From Macrostomum lignano (lineage: Eukaryota), in contig NIVC01000494.1 in NCBI GenBank assembly GCA_002269645.1, forward strand, positions 62,001 through 126,000: a stretch of DNA of 64,000 bases, in the 5' to 3' direction. The notes under the pieces are model-generated. The model did not search any database. It was not told the origin of the DNA and worked only from the letters and a program-made list of their open reading frames with translations. The position numbers and the translations under genes are program-made. Below are positions 13,201 through 26,734 of the stretch, in pieces. Positions within the stretch are counted from its first letter, which is position 1; every line of letters begins with the position of its first letter.

Positions 13201-13746
13201 CAGTATATTTATGGTCAGATAAAGACAGTATATTTATGGGTCAGATAAGGACAGTTTTTTAGGGGTCAGATAACTCGTGTCTTATTAATGTGTTTAATTC
13301 ATGTTTAATTACGTCTCATTCATGTCTTTTTATGTCTCATTAATGTCTTTTTCATGTCTTATAATCTGTCTAATTCATGTCTTATTCATGTTTAATTCAT
13401 GTCTAACTCATTTCTTGTTCATGTGTTTAATTCATGTCTCATTTATGTCTTATTCATGTGTCTAATTTATCTTTCAGCATTTCTGCCTATACAGCAGCCT
13501 CAACCAACATCCGTAAACTGGTCCAGCTCAACAGCTCAGCAGCAGCAGCAGCAGCAGCAGTGGAACAATTTTAATAATCAACAGCAGACTGCAGCCGTTG
13601 ATCCCTTCGACGTAGCCTGGGCGGACCGGGCGGCCAGCGCCAACCAGCCAAGCAGGACCAACCCGTTCCTGCAGCAGCAGGTGCCGCCGCCTCCGCTGCC
13701 TCAGCGGCTGGCAGCCGGTAGCAAAGCGTTCGAGGTGCAAATGTGA
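7296..13746 (+). CDS. numb: Numb (PTB-domain endocytic adaptor), 7 coding exons, ~486 aa after correcting two 1-nt gaps
   Basis: Exons 7296-7499, 8247-8321, 8404-8481, 9577-9717, 11082-11522, 12606-12856, 13478-13746; all introns GT-AG. The translation contains [35 protein letters not shown]|[14 protein letters not shown]|[41 protein letters not shown] and [20 protein letters not shown] (Numb PTB). It also has [17 protein letters not shown] and NPF motifs, and the C-terminus KAFEVQM*. The frame breaks by -1 near 11420 and 12733. Confidence 0.95.
7625..8200. repeat. 24-bp minisatellite (ATGAATCCCAATCCTAAAACTCTA)n in numb intron 1
   Basis: About 23 near-perfect units; source of the MNPNPKTL and LGFIRVLG ORFs. 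Confidence 0.95.
9186..9537. repeat. 33/35-bp alternating minisatellite with CTGATTGGTCAG core in numb intron 3
   Basis: ATTGG at 9189, 9231, 9266, 9299, 9334, 9367, 9402, 9435, 9468 and 9501. Confidence 0.9.
10051..11012. repeat. 20-bp minisatellite (CCCATTTCCCATCCTCTAGC variants, 40-bp higher-order pattern) in numb intron 4
   Basis: About 48 units, visible as a strict 20-nt register. Confidence 0.95.
11560..12540. repeat. ~26-28-bp minisatellite (ATCAAGAATCTCCCTAAACT-ccctcccc / -gtcttcct) in numb intron 5
   Basis: Two sub-variants in successive blocks, ~36 units. Confidence 0.95.
12915..13470. repeat. ~27-29-bp (GGGTCAGATAAGGACAGTATATTTA)n array followed by a ~11-12-bp (TTCATGTCTTA)n-like array in numb intron 6
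   Basis: Two adjacent degenerate arrays, 12915-13272 and ~13280-13470. Confidence 0.85.
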
Positions 13747-13934
13747 ATTCTGGCATGATTTTTTTTCTTATTTATAATTTAAATATGGCTAATGCCTGAC
13801 TGGTTGCTAATTAACTCTACTGCTGTTGTTTAATCCTCTGTGCCATGCTTGTTGATTTTCGTTAGGTGCTTCTATAAATAGACATTTGCTTAAGATAATT
13901 AGATAGACATTCGACAAGGTTGACTGATGGATTG

Positions 13935-13950
13935 ATAGATAGAAAGATAA

Positions 13951-14029
<79 letters not shown>

Positions 14030-14153
14030 TATAGATAGATGGATAGATAGATAGATAGATCAATATTTAGATAGATAGAAGATAGATAGATAGATAAATA
14101 GATAGATAGATAGATAAATAAATAGATAGATAGATAGATAGATAAATAAATAG

Positions 14154-14184
<31 letters not shown>

Positions 14185-14203
14185 GATAGATAGATAGATA
14201 GAC
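13935..14203. repeat. (GATA)n microsatellite
   Basis: Long AGAT run just downstream of the numb stop codon. Confidence 0.97.
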
Positions 14204-15108
14204 AAACACTCGTAGATGGATAGCGCACAGCAGCCCAGACTGACAGACTCAGTGACTGGTGAGCACCATCTGAACCGCAAACACAAGCTCATAAAACACA
14301 ACCAAGCACTAATAGAAACAGATCAGGTGCTGACTTTGCTCATTGAGATTTTGCTAATTAAATCCTGTGCAACGCGCACTCTTTCGTACTTTTTGAAGCC
14401 CTGCTTTCGTGAATTGTTGTGCATTCCTGTTGTCTCTTTTTTTAACAAAAAATTGACCAACCGGAGAATCGCCAAGTGCGGTTCTCCGGTCATTCGCATG
14501 TCATCCTTTTAACTAAGGATGAAATAATATAGATGTATTATTTATGTACTGGAGAGCTGGCATATCCATCGACTTTAAAACGGATCGAACTGACCGGCTC
14601 AAATTCTTACTTAGCTGTGATGGTTGATTATATTACGAGTATATAACTATATTTCATCCCCAGCATCTTACCCTACCTCATCTAAATCAATTAGACTATT
14701 TATTGTCCAGATAATTAATATCACATCGTCTTTGTTGTAATAATAACCATTTTGCCTATGCCACCTTAGGACCAATTAAGGCAAGCATTCAAAGTTCCTG
14801 TTGTTAAATCTGTACTGTTTTTTTTCTCTTTCTTGCGTGCAGTAATTATTGGCAATAAAATCTTCAAAGTTCGTATTGTTCCCCTTGTGGTTATTTTTTA
14901 GCTTTGTTGTTTTAACTAGACATGTCTAATATCCTGGCCAAAGCGAATTTGCGAAATCAACATTGATTTGTTACTTTTTTACCATTGTTAATCAGTTTTT
15001 CTACCTTTTTGGATGCTTGGAAAACTTTTTTTAACTAATTGCTCATCTTTTAAATATTGCAGCCACAATTTCTTGGCCTGTTTGTACTTTTAACTGAACT
15101 TATTACGT

Positions 15109-16355
15109 CTTGAAGCTTCAGTGAGTGCCCCATCCCACTCTGCAATGAAGCTTCAGTGAGTGCCCAACCCCACTCTGCAATGAAGCTTCAATGAGTGCCC
15201 AACCCCACTCTGCACTGAAGCTTCAGTGAGTGCCCAACCCCACTCTGCAATGAAGCTTCAATGAGTGCCCAACCCCACTCTGCACTGAAGCTTCAGTGAG
15301 TGCCCAACCCCACTCTGCAATGAAGCTTCAGTGAGTGCCCAACCCCACTCTGCACTGAAGCTTCAGTGAGTGCCCAACCCCACTCTGCAATGAAGCTTCA
15401 GTGAGTGCCCAACCCCACTCTGCACTGAAGCTTCAGTGAGTGCCCAACCCCACTCTGCACTGAAGCTTCAGTGAGTGCCCAACCCCACTCTGCACTGAAG
15501 CTTCAGTGAGTGCCCAACCCCACTCTGCACTGAAGCTTCAGTGAGTGCCCAACCCCACTCTGCACTGAAGCTTCAGTGAGTGCCCAACCCCACTCTGCAC
15601 TGAAGCTTCAGTGAGTGCCCAACCCCACTCTGCAATGAAGCTTCAATGAGTGCCCAACCCCACTCTGCACTGAAGCTTCAGTGAGTGCCCAACCCCACTC
15701 TGCAATGAAGCTTCAGTGAGTGCCCAACCCCACTCTGCACTGAAGCTTCAGTGAGTGCCCAACCCCACTCTGCAATGAAGCTTCAGTGAGTGCCCAACCC
15801 CACTCTGCACTGAAGCTTCAGTGAGTGCCCAACCCCACTCTGCACTGAAGCTTCAGTGAGTGCCCAACCCCACTCTGCACTGAAGCTTCAGTGAGTGCCC
15901 AACCCCACTCTGCACTGAAGCTTCAGTGAGTGCCCAACCCCACTCTGCAATGAAGCTTCAGTGAGTGCCCAACCCCACTCTGCACTGAAGCTTCAGTGAG
16001 TGCCCAACCCCACTCTGCACTGAAGCTTCAGTGAATACCCAACCCCACTCTGCAATGAAGCTTCAATGAGTGTCCAACCCCACTCTGCACTGAAGCTTTA
16101 GTGAGTGCCCAACCCCACTCTGCAATGAAGCTTCAGTGAGTGCCCAACCCCACTCTGCACTGAAGCTTCAGTGAGTGCCCAACCCCACTCTGCACTGAAG
16201 CTTCAGTGAATACCCAACCCCACTCTGCAATGAAGCTTCAATGAGTGCCCAACCCCACTCTGCAATGAAGCTTGAGTGAGTGCCCAACCCCACTCTGCCC
16301 TGAAGCTTCAGTGAGTGCGACAACCCCACTCTGCACTGAAGCTTCAGTGAGTGCG
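15109..16355. repeat. 35-bp satellite (GAAGCTTCAGTGAGTGCCCAACCCCACTCTGCA[A/C]T)n
   Basis: About 35 highly homogeneous units; many contain the perfect palindrome CACTGAAGCTTCAGTG. Confidence 0.97.
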
Positions 16356-16899
16356 ACAACCCTAACTACTCGTAGTATAGTACGTGTTGGTTGTATCATA
16401 TGTTTTTATTTTTATTTGTTTTTAGCGTCCAAGTTTAACAGCCATTGGCTGCAATACAAATTACAGCGATGCTAATGCTAGTAACCGTATGACCATAAGA
16501 ATTAAGGTGAATATTATTAATTAACCAGCCACCCTCTTGTTGAATGTTATTTAATTAGAGCTTCCAAATTGCTACATATTTTTAACTGCTAAGTTTATTA
16601 TGGACTGATTATTGAATAGTTTACAAATGGTCGTCTTAGTCTAGCTGCGGTTGTGTCATCATGTGGCTAATACGAGATTTATTTGTATTGTGAATTTTGC
16701 TGTGTGTTTTAGCATAAATATATATAACAATTTTTTTTTCTTTGTCGATTTATTTGAATTTTGAATACCTGCTTATCTGTCTGCGTGATGACACATTTAT
16801 TGTTGAATATCAGCTTTTTATACTTCTTGTTCCTTCACTGGCAATATTTTCTATGAACTTACTTTTAGGGGATTAAGGGTTTCGATTTAGCAGTTAGTG

Positions 16900-17205
16900 A
16901 CCCTCACTAGCAGTTGGTGATGACGCTGTCTATTAGTTGGTGATGACCCTGTCTAGCAGTTGGTGATGACCCTGTCTAGCAGTTGGTGATGACCAGATGG
17001 TGATGACCCTGTCTAGCAGTTGGTGATAACTCTAACTAGCAGTTGGTGATGACCCTCTAGCAGTTGGTGATGACCCTCTAGCAGTTGGTGATAACTCTAA
17101 CTAGCAGTTGGTGATGACCCTCTAGCAGTTGGTGATGACCCTCTAGCAGTTGGTGATAACTCTAAACTAGCAGTTGATGATGACCCTGTTTAGCAGTTGA
17201 TAATT
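16900..17205. repeat. ~21-23-bp minisatellite (AGCAGTTGGTGATGACCCTGTCT)n
   Basis: About 13 units. Confidence 0.9.
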
Positions 17206-17304
17206 TGACTCGCTAGAAACCGAGGGGCCACTCACGATTGCGTTGGATTTATTTTATTTCAACTCGGTTTTGCATCTCAGGCCAGTGGAATTTACGAAGG
17301 GAGG

Positions 17305-17517
17305 ATCACTAACCCGAAAAATCGTAAACTTCGAAAATCGAATACCGTTATGCGTTGCTACAACTTTCGGAATTATGATCTTTGGAGTTTGTGATATTTC
17401 GGGTTTGTGATCTTTCGAGTTTGTGATATTTCGGGTTTGTGATATTTCAGGTTTGTGATATTTCAGGTTTGTGATATTTCGGGTTTATGATATTTCGGGT
17501 TTGTGATATTTCGGTGT
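17305..17517. repeat. 16-bp subrepeat array (GTTTGTGATATTTCGG)n preceded by an inverted copy; possible non-autonomous DNA-transposon remnant
   Basis: About 8 direct units at 17385-17517. ATCACTAACCCGAA at ~17307 is the reverse complement of the unit. Confidence 0.6.
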
Positions 17518-18104
17518 TGTGATGGCGACCCGAATTCGCTATCAGAGTCAGAAAATTCTCACTGAAATTGCCCGGATATAATCGTTCACGCCTTCGAACA
17601 GCGGGCCTCCCTAATCTGATTGTAATTTGAGAGCCGGCCAGGAGATTTCCTAGCGATTGGAAAGCATCAAAAATGCGTTGCCGCCTCTTCTTCATCCGCC
17701 TCGGCCTCCCCCGTTGATTGCTTCTAGAAGATAAAGAAAAGGCAGATTGGCTTTGCTGAGTCCGTCGCTTACTGAGTCACATGGTGGCCACGGCTGCGAG
17801 GGCCCCTACCGGCGCCCCTATCCAGTCCACCTGGAGGCGTTTATCCCCTAATTAGGCGAACATCTCTATCAGCTTCCGCTCTTTTCTAGTCAGCTTGCTG
17901 GTCGAAACAAAATTGACGACAATTTCTTTCCTCTAGATTATTTCTTTGCTTCAGATCGGAGCTGCACAAGCTGCTAAGGATAAAAGTCGTGGCAACAAAT
18001 CCAATTGAAACTCTTGTGTTTTGCCGGGTGATTTTTACACACACGTTCAGCATTTCTCCACACCTAAGGATTAGGGAGTGTACAACTGCATCTGGTCCAC
18101 AGAG

Positions 18105-21100
18105 TTGTGACGTCCACACCTGAGGTCCATCAGTGGGTGTACATGCACTAATGAGGTCCACACTGAAGGATCAGTGAGTTTACATACACTAATGAGGTCC
18201 ACACTGAAGGATCAGTGAGTTTACATACACTAATGAGGTCCACACTGAAGGATCAGTGGGTCTACATGCACTAATGAGGTCCACACTGAAGGATCAGTGA
18301 GTTTATATACACTAATGAGGTCCACACTGAAGGATCAGTGGGTGTACATACACTAATGAGGTCCACACTGAAGGATCAGTGGGTGTACATGCACTAATGA
18401 GGTCCACACTGAAGGATCAGTGGGTGTACATGCACTAATGAGGTCCACACTGAAGGATCAGTGGGTGTACATGCACTAATGAGGTCCACACTGAAGGATC
18501 AGTGGGTGTACATACACTAATGAGGTCCACACTGAAGGATCAGTGGGTGTACATACACTAATGAGGTCCACACTGAAGGATCAGTGGGTGTACATACACT
18601 AATGAGGTCCACACTGAAAGATCAGTGGGTTTACATGCACTAATGAGGTCCACACTGAAGGATCAGTGGGTGTACATGCACTAATGAGGTCCACACTGAA
18701 GGATCAGTGGGTCTACATGCACTAATGAGGTCCACACTGAAGGATCAGTGGGTCTACATGCACTAATGAGGTCCACATTGAAGGATCAGTGAGTTTACAT
18801 ACACTAATGAGGTCCACACTGAAGGATCAGTGGGTGCACATGCACTAATGAGGTCCACACTGAAGGATCAGTGAGTTTACATACACGAATGAGGTCCACA
18901 CTGAAGGATCAGTGGGTGTACATGCACTAATGAGGTCCACACTGAAGGATCAGTGGGTCTACATGCACTAATGAGGTCCACACTAAAGGATCAGTGAGTT
19001 TACATACACTAATGAGGTCCACACTGAAGGATCAGTGAGTTTACATACACTAATGAAGTCCACACAGAAGGATCAGTGGGTCTACATGCACTAATGAGGT
19101 CCACACTGAAGGATCAGTGGGTCTACATGCACTAATGAGGTCCACACTGAAGGATCAGTGGGTCTACATACACTAATGAGGTCCACACTGAAGGATCAGT
19201 GAGTTTACATGCACTAATGAGGTCCACACTGAAGGATCAGTGAGTTTACATACACTAATGAGGTCCACACTGAAGGATCAGTGAGTTTACATACACTAAT
19301 GAGGTCCACACTGAAGGATCAGTGAGTTTACATACACTAATGAGGTCCACACTGAAGGATCAGTGGGTCTACATGCACTAATGAGGTCCACACTGAAGGA
19401 TCAGTGGGTCTACATGCACTAATGAGGTCCACACTGAAGGATCAGTGAGTTTACATACACTAATGAGGTCCACACTGAAGGATCAGTGGGTCTACATGCA
19501 CTAATGAGGTCCACACTGAAGGATCAGTGAGTTTACATACACTAATGAGGTCCACACTGAAGGATCAGTGGTTTACATGCACTAATGAGGTCCACACTGA
19601 AGGATCAGTGGGTCTACATGCACTAATGAGGTCCACACTGAAGGATCAGTGAGTTTACATACACTAATGAGGTCCACACTGAAGGATCAGTGGGTGCACA
19701 TGCACTAATGAGGTCCACACTGAAGGATCAGTGGGTCTACATGCACTAATGAGGTCCACACTGAAGGATCAGTGAGTTTAAATGCACTAATGAGGTCCAC
19801 ACTGAAGGATCAGTGGGTCTACATGCACTAATGAGGTCCACACTGAAGGATCAGTGGGTCTACATGCACTAATGAGGTCCACACTGAAGGATCAGTGGGT
19901 GCACATGCACTAATGAGGTCCACACTGAAGGATCAGTGAGTTTACATACACTAATGAGGTCCACACTGAAGGATCAGTGGGTCTACATGCACTAATGAGG
20001 TCCACATTGAAGGATTAGTGAGTTTACATACACGAATGAGGTCCACACTGAAGGATCAGTGAGTTTACATACACTAATGAGGTCCACACTGAAGGATCAG
20101 TGGGTGTACATGCACTAATGAGGTCCACACTGAAGGATCAGTGGGTTTACATGCACTAATGAGGTTCACACTGAAGGATCAGTGGGTGTACATGCACTAA
20201 TGAGGTCCACACTGAAGGATCAGTGGGTGTACATGCACTAATGAGGTCCACACTGAAGGATCAGTGGGTCTACATGCACTAATGAGGTCCACACTGAAGG
20301 ATCAGTGGGTCTACATGCACTAATGAGGTCCACACTGAAGGATCAGTGGGTGTACATACACTAATGAGGTCCACACTGAAGGATCAGTGGGTGTACATGC
20401 ACTAATGAGGTCCACACTGAAGGATCAGTGGGTGTACATGCACTAATGAGGTCCACACTGAAGGATCAGTGGGTGTACATGCACTAATGAGGTCCACACT
20501 GAAGGATCAGTGGGTGTACATACACTAATGAGGTCCACACTGAAGGATCAGTGGGTGTACATACACTAATGAGGTCCACACTGAAGGATCAGTGGGTGTA
20601 CATACACTAATGAGGTCCACACTGAAAAATCAGTGGGTGTACATGCACTAATGAGGTCCACACTGAAGGATCAGTGGGTCTACATGCACTAATGAGGTCC
20701 ACACTGAAGGATCAGTGAGTTTACATACACTAATGAGGTCCACACTGAAGGATCAGTGAGTTTACATACACTAATGAAGTCCACACTGAAGGATCAGTGG
20801 GTCTACATGCACTAATGAGGTCCACACTGAAGGATCAGTGGGTCTACATGCACTAATGAGGTCCACACTGAAGGATCAGTGGGTCTACATGCACTAATGA
20901 GGTCCACACTGAAGGATCAGTGAGTTTACATACACTAATGAGGTCCACACTGAAGGATCAGTGAGTTTACATGCACTAATGAGGTCCACACTGAAGGATC
21001 AGTGAGTTTACATACACTAATGAGGTCCACACTGAAGGATCAGTGAGTTTACATACACTAATGAGGTCCACACTGAAGGATCAGTGAGTTTACATACACT

Positions 21101-22567
21101 AATGAGGTCCACACTGAAGGATCAGTGAGTCTACATACACTAATGAGGTCCACACTGAAGGATCAGTGAGTTTACATACACTAATGAGGTCCACACTGAA
21201 GGATCAGTGAGTTTACATACACTAATGAGGTCCACACTGAAGGATCAGTGGGTGTACATGCACTAATGAGGTCCACATTGAAGGATCAGTGAGTTTACAT
21301 ACAGGAATGAGGTCCACACTGAAGGATCAGTGAGTTTACATACACTAATGAGGTCCACACTGAAGGATCAGTAGGTGTACATGCACTAATGAAGTCCAAA
21401 TTGAAGGATCAGTGAGTTTACATACACTAATGAGGTCCACACTGAAGGATCAGTGGGTCTACATGCACTAATGAGGTCCACATTGAAGGATCAGTGAGTT
21501 TACATACACTAATGAGGTCCACACTGAAGGATCAGTGGTTGTACATGCACTAATGAGGTCCACACTGAAGGATCAGTGGTTGTACATGCACTAATGAGGT
21601 CCACATTGAAGGATCAGTGAGTTTACATACACTAATGAGGTCCACACTGAAGGATCAGTGAGTTTACATACACTAATGAGGTCCACACTGAAGGATCAGT
21701 GGGTGTACATGCACTAATGAGGTCCACACTGAAGGATCAGTGAGTTTACATACACTAATGAGGTCCACACTGAAGGATCAGTGGGTCTACATGCACTAAT
21801 GAGGTCCACACTGAAGGATCAGTGGGTGTACATGCACTAATGAGGTCCACATTGAAGGATCAGTGGGTCTACATGCACCAATGAGGTCCACACTGAAGGA
21901 TCAGTGGGTGTACATACACTAATGAGGTCCACACTGAAGGATCAGTAGGTGTACATGCACTAATGAAGTCCACATTGAAGGATCAGTGAGTTTACATACA
22001 CTAATGAGGTCCACACTGAAGGATCAGTGGGTCTACATGCACTAATGAGGTCCACATTGAAGGATCAGTGAGTTTACATACACTAATGAGGTCCACACTG
22101 AAGGATCAGTGGTTGTACATGCACTAATGAGGTCCACACTGAAGGATCAGTGGTTGTACATGCACTAATGAGGTCCACATTGAAGGATCAGTGAGTTTAC
22201 ATACACTAATGAGGTCCACACCGAAGGATCAGTGAGTTTACATACACTAATGAGGTCCACACTGAAGGATCAGTGGGTGTACATGCACTAATGAGGTCCA
22301 CACTGAAGGATCAGTGAGTTTACATACACTAATGAGGTCCACACTGAAGGATCAGTGAGTTTACATACACTAATGAGGTCCACACTGAAGGATCAGTGGG
22401 TGTACATGCACTAATGAGGTCCACACTGAAGGATCAGTGAGTTTACATACACTAATGAGGTCCACATTGAAGGATCAGTGAGTTTACATACACTAATGAG
22501 GTCCACACTGAAGGATCAGTGGGTGTACATGCACTAATGAGGTCCACATTGAAGGATCAGTGAGTCT
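18105..22567. repeat. 41-bp satellite (CACTAATGAGGTCCACACTGAAGGATCAGTG[G/A]GT[G/C/T]TACAT[G/A])n
   Basis: About 4.45 kb and ~108 units, with a few recurring variant types interleaved. Confidence 0.98.
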
Positions 22568-23062
22568 ATCCTTTAGTGAGGGCCCTTCATCCCAGCCCGA
22601 CTAAGCACTAATTCAAAGAAGACCAGCACTTGATTTTCTATCTGTCTCATCAGGAAGTCCTGCATGAAGGAACTCGATTTCCCCTATTGCCTGCTTCGTG
22701 CTCCTCTGCTTTTGATCTCTTCTGCACCGCTAGGTGCGCGCTTCCGAACTTTGATTAGGAATCTTTTTGAAATTGTGTTTTTGACGACTTTTATGCTTGA
22801 TTGCCGCTCTTGTAGGTTTTCGATCATTACGCTGGTAAGAGCAATGATTGTACGTGCGTATTTGATTCAGATAGACACCTGGGCGATTCACTACGAGCGA
22901 ATTAACCCAAAGATGATCCCGTGTGTGTGTGCTTGTTCTCGATAAGGTTTCAAAGTATTTTGTTCACAAGATTTGCGTTATTATACTTGATAGCTGTCCA
23001 ATTAGAATATATGGACTACGTCTCTTTATTTCATTCATCAAATTCGTTTGCTGATTTTGTTT

Positions 23063-24941
23063 CCTTCTGATTGATTTATTGATGCAGTGGTTCCCTCAGA
23101 TTGATTTATTGATGCTGTGGTTCCCTCTGATTGATTTATTGATGCTTTGGTTCCCTCTGAATGATTTACTGATGCAGTGGTTCCTTCAGATTGATTTACT
23201 GATGCTGCGGTTCCCTCTGATTGATTTATTGATGCTGTGGTTTCATTTGGTTGATTTATTGATGCTTTGGTTCCCTCTGATTGATTTATTGATGCAGTGG
23301 TTCCCTCTGATTGATTTATTGATGCTGTGGTTCCCTCTGATTGATTTATTGATGCTTTGGTTCCCTCTGAATGATTTACTGATGCAGTGGTTCCTTCAGA
23401 TTGATTTACTGATGCTGCGGTTCCCTCTGATTGATTTATTGATGCTGTGGTTTCATTTGGTTGATTTATTGATGCTTTGGTTCCCTCTAATTGATTTATT
23501 GATGCTGCGATTCCCTCTGATTGATTTATTGATTCTGCGTTCTCTCTGATTGATTTATTGATGCTTTGGTTCCCTCTGATTGATTTACTGATGCTTTGGT
23601 TCCCTCTGATTGATTTATTGATGCTTTGGTTCCCTCTGATTGATTTATTGATGCTTTGGTTCCCTCTGATTGATTTATTGATGCTGCGGTTCTCTCTGAT
23701 TGATTTATTGATGCTGCGGTTCCCTCTGATTGATTTATTGATGCTGTGGTTCCTTCTGATTGATTTATTGATGCTGTGGTTCCTTCTGATTGATTTATTG
23801 ATGCTTTGGTTCCCTCTGATTGATTTATTGATGCTTTGTTTCTCTCTGATTGATTTATTGATGCTTTGGTTCCCTCTGATTTATTTATTGATGCTGCGGT
23901 TCCCTCTGATTGATTTACTGATGCTTTGGTTCCCTCTGATTGATTTATTGATGCTTTGGTTCCCTCTGATTTATTTATTGATGCTTTGTTTCTCTCTGAT
24001 TGATTTATTGATGCTTTGGTTCCCTCTGATTTATTTATTGATGCTGCGGTTCTCTCTGATTGATTTATTGATGCTTTGGTTCCCTCTGATTGATTTATTG
24101 ATGCTTTGGTTCCCTCTGATTGATTTATTGATGCTGCGGTTCCCTCTGATTGATTTATTGATGCTGCGGTTCCCTCTGATTGATTTTTTGATGCTGCGGT
24201 TCCCTCTGATTGATTTATTGATGCTGCGGTTCTCTCTGATTGATTTATTGATGCTGCGGTTCTCTCTGATTGATTTATTGATGCTGCGGTTCCCTCTGAT
24301 TGATTTATTGATGCAGTGGTTCCCTCTGATTGATTTATTGATGCTTTGGTTCCCTCTGATTGATTTATTGATGCTGCGGTTCCCTCTGATTGATTTATTG
24401 ATGCTGCGGTTCTCTCTGATTGATTTATTGATGCTGCGGTTCCCTCTGATTGATTTATTGATGCTGCGGTTCCCTCTGATTGATTTATTGATGCTTTGGT
24501 TCCCTCTGATTGATTTATTGATGCTGCGGTTCCCTCTGATTGATTTATTGATGCAGTGGTTCCCTCTGATTGATTTATTGATGCTGTGGTTCCTTCAGAT
24601 TGATTTATTGATGCTGCGGTTCCCTCTGATTGATTTTTTGATGCTGTGGTTCCTTCAGATTGATGTATTGATGCTGTGGTTCTTTCAGATTGATGTATTG
24701 ATGCTGTGGTTCTTTCAGATTGATTTATTGATGCTGTGGTTCTTTCAGATTGATTTATTGATGCTGCGGTTCCCTCTGATTGATTTATTGATGCTTTGGT
24801 TCCCTCTGATTGATTTATTGATGCAGTGGTTCCCTCTGATTGATTTATTGATGCTGTGGTTCCTTCAGATTGATTTATTGATGCTGCGGTTCCCTCTGAT
24901 TGATTTTTTGATGCTGCGGTTCTTTCAGATTGATTTATTGC
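23063..24941. repeat. 30-bp minisatellite (TTGATTTATTGATGCTGTGGTTCCCTCTGA)n
   Basis: About 62 units; source of the LIDLLMLWFP ORFs. Confidence 0.97.
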
Positions 24942-25429
24942 TTTAGCATCCTCAGTTTAGTTAATTTTCACAAATCAAATGACGTCAACAGGCAGCCGAA
25001 TATATTGTACTCGTGAAATTAAAAAAGCAAATAGTTCCAAATGTCAGCTTATAGCATATTTTTCAATTTCCGCTAATATATTCTTGTCTAATTGAAAAAA
25101 ATCCGACTGATAATGGATTTGATTTTGAACATATTTGGAATTCTTCCTAGTATCCTAGTATAAAAAGTTCAAGTTCTCATTTATTTCAACAAAATTCTGG
25201 TCGTTAAAAACACTTTTTTTGAAATACAAATCTGTGCAGAATAGCTAAAGAAACTTTATAACATTTCCCGGCTAAAATGTTGGCATTGATGCAAATTCAA
25301 AATTGAGTTTTTCAAGAACTTAAATGAAAGTTAATGTGACCAAATAAACTTTTCAGCCAGGGGGGCAACGAAGCGGATTCTCTTGCAGGTTGCTGCTAAT
25401 ATTAGACGAGAGAAAGAAAGGAGAGAAGA

Positions 25430-26300
25430 AGAGACTAGAGCAAGGGAGATTAGAGAAGGGGAGTAGAAAAGATAAGATAAGAGTAGAGAAGGGGAGAGTA
25501 GAGAAGAGGAGAGTAGAGAAGGGGAGAGTAGAGAAGAGGAGAGTAGAGATGGGGAGAGTAGAGAAGAGGAGAGTAGAGAAGGGGAGAGTAGAGAAGATGA
25601 GAGTAGAGAAGTGGAGAGTAGAGAAGGGGAGAGTAGAGAAGATGAGAGTAGAGGAGGGGAGAGTAGAGAAGTGGAGAGTAGAGAAGGGGAGAGTAGAGAA
25701 GAGGAGAGTAGAGATGGGGAGAGTAGAGAAGAGGAGAGTAGAGAAGGGGAGAGTAGAGAAGGGGAGAGTAGAGAAGATGAGAGTAGAGAAGTGGAGAGTA
25801 GAGAAGGGGAGAGTAGAGAAGATGAGAGTAGAGGAGGGGAGAGTAGAGAAGTGGAGAGTAGAGAAGGGGAGAGTAGAGAAGAGGAGAGTAGAGAAGGGGA
25901 GAGTAGAGAAGGGGAGAGTAGAGAAGTGGAGAGTAGAGGAGGGGAGAGTAGAGAAGGGGAGAGTAGAGAAGGGGAGAGTAGAGAAGTGGAGAGTAGAGAA
26001 GGGGAGAGTAGAGAAGATGAGAGTAGAGGAGGGGAGAGTAGAGAAGTGGAGAGTAGAGAAGGGGAGAGTAGAGAAGAGGAGAGTAGAGATGGGGAGAGTA
26101 GAGAAGAGGAGAGTAGAGATGGGGAGAGTAGAGAAGGGGAGAGTAGAGAAGATGAGAGTAGAGAAGTGGAGAGTAGAGAAGGGGAGAGTAGAGAAGTGGA
26201 GAGTAGAGGAGGGGAGAGTAGAGAAGGGGAGAGTAGAGAAGGGGAGAGTAGAGAAGTGGAGAGTAGAGCAGGGGAGAGTAGAGAAAGTAGAGAATTGGGG
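25430..26300. repeat. 15-bp purine-rich minisatellite (GAGAAGGGGAGAGTA)n
   Basis: About 57 units. Confidence 0.95.
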
Positions 26301-26734
26301 TAGAATAGGAATAGAATAGTAAAATAGAGAGCAGAGGGCAGACGAACAACGTCACTGACAGCGGTATATGAATATGAGAATATCTCAGACAAAACCAGTC
26401 GTAATCAAGCCAAGCACCGGACAAGACGGAATTTAAGCAATTTGTTCGCTTCGTCTGACAAAATAATGCGAATTCCTGCGGGAAGCCCCGACCCACATGC
26501 CTTTCCTGTGACGCAGCTCGGGTTGCTCGACAGGGACATCTGCTCGCTATCATAATTACGAGTAAATTATAATTACCTGCATTAGAGGTGCGGTTTGTGT
26601 TACCCGGTCTTGTGCGGCGCGAATCAGATATAACAGCAGGTGACAGACAGCCCGCTTCTGACCTCGCTTTAATAGCATGCCCTCTCGCCTGCCTATATGC
26701 ACCCCTCTTTCCTCTCTCACCCTCTACCTCTCCT

